This document shows, in pieces, positions 61,724 through 64,000 of a DNA stretch of 64,000 bases. The stretch lies in NCBI RefSeq assembly GCF_004010195.1, contig NC_057717.1:103548631-103612630 (forward strand). Reading direction: 5' to 3'. Every line of letters starts with the position of its first letter. Position 1 is the stretch's first letter. A program made the translations under genes and the position numbers. The notes beneath the pieces were generated by a model. That model was not told the DNA's origin. It saw nothing but the letters and a program-made list of their open reading frames with translations, and made no database searches. This DNA comes from Chiloscyllium plagiosum. Its lineage: Eukaryota.

Positions 61724-63533
61724 CTAGAAAGATACAGAGAATGCAGTCAGATATCAGTGAGACTCAGAGTTACAGAGAAGACTTTCACATCAAATTAATT
61801 AATCACGTCACCAGTAATTGCTTCCAATTGCATTGAGTGTGGAGGGAGATGTATTCACTAGCCACACTCTCTGTCCAGAGAGTAGTCAGGTTATTAGATC
61901 TTAAGAATCCATAAGGTGTAGGGGCAGACATGGGCCACTGCTCCACCTTTCAATGAGCTCATGGCTGATCTGATAATCATCAACTCTGCTTTCCTGCCTT
62001 TTCCCCATGACATTTACTTAGCCCCTTACTAATCCCTCAACTTTGAATATACTCATGACCCAGCCTCTGCAGTAAAGAATTCGATAGATTCTCTACCATC
62101 TGAGGGAAGATATTCCTCATCATCTCTGTCTTAAATGGACAACCCCTTAGTCTGAGATTTTGCCCTCTAATCCAAGGGTCTCTCTCCACTTCTCAGCATC
62201 TACCTGTGAATCTCAAATGTTTCAAGAAGGTCACCTCCCATTTTTATAAACTCCAAGTAATACAGATCCAATCTACTCAACCTCTCCTTATAAGACAGTC
62301 CATCCATACCCAGGATCAACGTAGTGAACCCCTCCCGGTCTGCCTCCAACGCACGTATACTTTTCCTTTGATAAAGGGACCAAAACTGTTCATGGTATCT
62401 CAGGTTTGGACTGACTAATGCCTTGAGTCATTTCAGCAAGACTTCCCATTGTTACACTCCATTCCCTTTAACCAGCTCTTGTCCACTTATGGTTTGGTGA
62501 CATTTGTTAAGGAAGGAATGTTGGCCAAGTTTAACCCATAATGCCTTGTGTTTCTTCATTCAGTGCACTGCAACAGGAGTCAGCTAATGATAAACAGGGA
62601 GAGGAGGAAGTCTTTTTAAGTCTGCCACATCATTCAATGAGATCAGAGCTGATATTCACCCTCACTTCCACTTCCTGATATCGCCTGAAGTAGTTAAAAA
62701 TCTTATCGATCTCAATCTTCAATACATTCAATGACTGCACACCCACGGACTCTGAGGAAATTTCTGCGGAAATTTCTACACATTTCAGTCCGAAATGGTT
62801 CAACCTAAACTCTAGGTAGTCCACCTGGGGGAAAGCACCTCGTTTGAAAGTTTCAACTGAAGGCTGGCATCTCCAGCAATGAGCAACATTTTCACTAAAC
62901 CTCCCGCCTTTTACCTTAAAATTGCTGACTCCATTCCCCCCCCCACCCCCCGACTCATGGGAAATGATTCTCCTTGTCTGCGACTCTCAGAACGTTATAC
63001 TCCTCAGACAGGTCTCCCCTCAGCTTGGGAGAAACTAACCCCAGCCCATATCGTCTTTCTCTACAACTGAATCGCTCCAGCCCAGGGAACATGTCTGCAC
63101 CTTCCCTAGTGCGATCACAGGCTTGCTACAGAGCGGTGACCAGGGTGGCACATGGTACCTCTAGCTGGGGCCTGACTAACGTTAAATACACCTTCTCAAG
63201 GGCAACTAGGGACGGGCAATAACTGCGGGCCAGCCAGCGATGCCCACATCCCACCAAAAAAAATGAATTTTCAAAAAAACAGCTCCATCAGAACCTCCCT
63301 GCTTCTCCCTCACATCCTCCTCCTTGTATCTAAGCCCAGACCATGAGCAGGTGGAACATTTCTACAGCTATAGCACTGCCTCACCCCTTGCCCAGTGTAC
63401 ACCTACCAGTTTACCAGCCAGTGGGACAATCAATGCTAACTTAGAGATGGTTTATCACGGAGGATACCCACCATGGCCAATATATCTCTCCAGCCAACAA
63501 AGAGCACAGGGTCCCTGAGAAGCTACGCATTAC

Positions 63534-63666
63534 CTTTTTGGTTTCTCTGCTCCCTATTGGGTCATCCCGTATCTGATAATACTGTAGGTCAATAATTTCC
63601 TTCATTTCATAATTCTCTCCTTTCCGTTTGCAGATAATAACAGCTTTATCAAATAGGAATACATAT
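63534..63666 (-). CDS. VAV1: VAV1 PH-domain exon (gene continues beyond the window end)
   Basis: (R)YVFLFDKAVIICKRKGENYEMKEIIDLQYYQIRDDPIGSRETKK; 133 nt. Confidence 0.95.
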
Positions 63667-64000
63667 CTGTGCACAAAACAATAGGGCATCATTAGTCACT
63701 GCATGACATACATTGTTGAAGCATGTAATTGTCATCAACACACAACTGTTGTTAGTACAGTTCATTCAGGACAACACATAGATTACAGTTTGTAAAAATC
63801 CAAGAAAGAATGGAATGAAACAAGAGGCCATTCAGTCCATCTTCTTGAGTTCTCTGCTCAAAGCCTAATGCAAACCACAACATCCCCACCATAGGTAGGG
63901 CAAGGAGGCAGCCCCTGAATCCAGGACATTCAGAACAGGAATCCCATCTTATCTGGGGAAGGATGTTCTGGCTACAGAGGGAGTGCAATGAAGGTTTACC

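Noticed and set aside
63534-63666. Assignment to VAV3 or VAV2
   Set aside because: This exon resembles VAV3, but WSHMFLLIE, the PPPP-containing nSH3, the EEDYSDYC tail and linkage to UBL5/PIN1 favour VAV1

Overview
Repeat-rich vertebrate DNA. The repeat landscape (CR1-type LINEs, tRNA-derived SINEs, Penelope-like elements) suggests a cartilaginous fish, probably a shark (inference). Most ORFs in the track are repeat noise; the genes were recovered by reading splice sites. They are: PIN1 coding exon 1 (- strand, 551-608); a complete UBL5/Hub1 gene (+, 73 aa, four coding exons, two U12-type introns) head-to-head with PIN1; an unrecognised gene with a single-exon 493-aa acidic CDS (-, 18816-20297); and the 3' half of VAV1 (-, 11 exons from PH to the C-terminal SH3, with about three exons absent, probably in an N-gap). 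The most notable observations are a ~53-bp phased array of CTGTCCATCA/CCAAT/GC-box modules at the UBL5 promoter, about 20 hammerhead-ribozyme-like cores in short palindromic Penelope-derived insertions, and two related poly(A) retro-insertions at the same site of a solo LTR.
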